Source: Ignavibacteriota bacterium
GTDB lineage: Bacteria; Bacteroidota; Ignavibacteria; UBA10030
NCBI GenBank assembly: GCA_963701295.1
Contig: OY969585.1
Location: forward strand, 1,632,001-1,696,000
DNA: 64,000 nt
Direction of reading: 5' to 3'
Both the position numbers and the translations under genes were made by a program. The notes below the pieces were generated by a model. That model worked only from the letters and a program-made list of their open reading frames with translations, ran no database searches and was not told the DNA's origin. Shown here one piece after another: positions 62,348 through 64,000 of this stretch (the first letter of the stretch is position 1; every line of letters begins with the position of its first letter).

Positions 62348-63538
62348 TTACTTTACTGGAACATACGTGCTCGCACCCAATGGAAGAATCTTCATCGTTA
62401 CACCTGCTATGAATGTCCCGGGATCGGCCACGGTTATAAAGAATCCGGGTGAGAAGTAAGATGATGAAATTACACCAGGATACACATTCAATCGAAACCG
62501 GCAATTCCTCGATGCTGAATATACCATAGACGCAAGAAGAGAGTTATTTCGATCATAGTATATTCCTGCCATCAGTCCTGATTCTATTGTATTTGAGGGA
62601 ACGCCATTCTGTACTGGTAAGCTTTTTACGCCTGTCGATGCCAACCCGGCACCTATAGAAATGGCATCTTCTGTGTTTTTTTTGAAGGAGAGTCCGAAAA
62701 TTGCAAAGTTGCCAAAATGAAAGAATACGCTTGTTGATTTCGACTTTGTCAATGCATATTTCATAACAAAATTCTGACCTGCATTACGGAATGCTAGCGG
62801 GGCGAACGAAATCGCAACAGGCTGAGACCAATCGTTCAGATTCAACTCGGAAGAAAAGAATTTCGATACTTCATCGGAGCTAAAGAGCAGAATTCCAAGA
62901 GGGTGAAAGATGAGGAAGTCAGGGATACAATCTTCATTTGGATAAATATAAGGACCGTTTTCCACCATCTCGTTGAAGAATTCACTTGCCATAACGGTAA
63001 TTGCCCCCAACACGGAGGGTAGAGGATAACCATTGAAATCATACCATTCAGCAATTTTACGCGAGACCATTCCGCCGCCAACTATATGGAGCATATAGTT
63101 CGGAACCCATTGGGTACGGTTCATGTCGAGGCTGGTGGGGAATATTTCTTGGCTCAGAAACCGGTTCCAGCCAAAATCACTAATGACCGGAAGAGGAGAT
63201 ATAACGCTGCGCCAGACACTTGTTGCACCTTTTTTCCATGGGATCGCCTCAAAGGTACTTGGCCGGTCGAGTTGCTGGTATGTGTCACAACCGCCGTTGA
63301 CAAAGACCGAGATGGGATTAAAAAGTGCTTCTGACCCGTAGTCGTATGAACGGAAGAAATAATAATTATTTTCTTGTCCGTACAGCTCCCAAGGAAAAAA
63401 TAGAATGCAAGAACAAATGGCGCAGTATATTGCTGTTATGAAAGGTGTCCGTGTATAATTCTTCAATGGATTCTTAAGGTCTGTCAGAAAATAATATTTC
63501 CAAAATGCAAGATGCAAAGTTATTCCTGTGTTACGCAA
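62348..63538 (-). CDS. Hypothetical exported / outer-membrane protein (start uncertain)
   Basis: 396 aa ORF; helical N-terminal region (NYMLHIVGGG) and alternating beta-strand C-terminal region. Confidence 0.55.
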   Translation of the reverse strand: MRNTGITLHLAFWKYYFLTDLKNPLKNYTRTPFITAIYCAICSCILFFPWELYGQENNYYFFRSYDYGSEALFNPISVFVNGGCDTYQQLDRPSTFEAIPWKKGATSVWRSVISPLPVISDFGWNRFLSQEIFPTSLDMNRTQWVPNYMLHIVGGGMVSRKIAEWYDFNGYPLPSVLGAITVMASEFFNEMVENGPYIYPNEDCIPDFLIFHPLGILLFSSDEVSKFFSSELNLNDWSQPVAISFAPLAFRNAGQNFVMKYALTKSKSTSVFFHFGNFAIFGLSFKKNTEDAISIGAGLASTGVKSLPVQNGVPSNTIESGLMAGIYYDRNNSLLASMVYSASRNCRFRLNVYPGVISSSYFSPGFFITVADPGTFIAGVTMKILPLGASTYVPVK

Positions 63539-63612
63539 ATATCAAAATAAAAAAAATGCTAATCTTTAGCTGTTTTTAGTTATGTGTAAAAAAATATGAA
63601 GAAGGAGAGTGG

Positions 63613-63999
63613 TCAGATCTGGAGCTTACAGAGAGAATAAAAATCGAAAAGATGAACATGAAGGACGGTATGTTCTATTCTTAAGCCCCTGTGAAATAAT
63701 AGGGCAGCCTCTTCAGTCATTGTCGGCTCAGCTGCAAGAGATACGCTATCTTCGTCGATAAGGTAGATAGGCTGATCTGAATTGCTGTCCGGCCGATAAG
63801 CACGATTCTCTGTTGTTCCGGAATGGGCATAGAGTATGACTTGTTCATCATTGCGAGAACCAACCATCTCTGTGCTCTGTCCTTCATATTCTTCCCGTAT
63901 CATAGCATGCGACGTGAAGATAGCGTCTGCATTAATCGCATCGAGAAAGAAAGCCAATGAGATTGTGAGCAAAAAAATATTTGAGAGTAATGTATTCAA
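63613..63999 (-). CDS. Hypothetical protein, possibly 5'-truncated by the window edge
   Basis: 128 aa ORF with a hydrophobic N-terminus and a C-terminal 'LCKLQI'. Confidence 0.45.
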   Translation of the reverse strand: MNTLLSNIFLLTISLAFFLDAINADAIFTSHAMIREEYEGQSTEMVGSRNDEQVILYAHSGTTENRAYRPDSNSDQPIYLIDEDSVSLAAEPTMTEEAALLFHRGLRIEHTVLHVHLFDFYSLCKLQI

Positions 64000-64000
64000 C

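Overview
Bacterial chromosomal window, most likely from an Ignavibacteria-type (Bacteroidota-related) organism, inferred from the 'PVxLTSF...NYPNPFNP' T9SS-tailed proteins. I saw no rRNA, tRNA, CRISPR array, transposase or integrase. From left to right it holds: a radical SAM enzyme and a GT-C glycosyltransferase; hexuronate catabolism genes (uxuB-like, kdgK); sodC; a GH3 glucosidase; an OmpR-type two-component system with probable target genes; and a corrinoid methyltransferase cluster (split MetH modules plus a URO-D/MtaA-family enzyme) beside an ExuT-like transporter. Next is a 16 kb tandem array of six T9SS-secreted proteins. Five of them carry a near-identical ~575 nt C-terminal cassette, and their internal modules and intergenic blocks are shared in a mosaic pattern. 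A stress-type island follows (CsbD-like x2, GT4, GH130, RNase II, OYE, GrpE, CbpA, NarL-type regulator, ECF sigma), marked by four copies of a 40 bp motif at a fixed distance from a -10 hexamer. The window ends with PAS/hybrid kinases, a DedA-family gene and tatA. Four genes have single-base frameshifts that may be assembly errors. All calls come from reading motifs by eye; no database searches were run.
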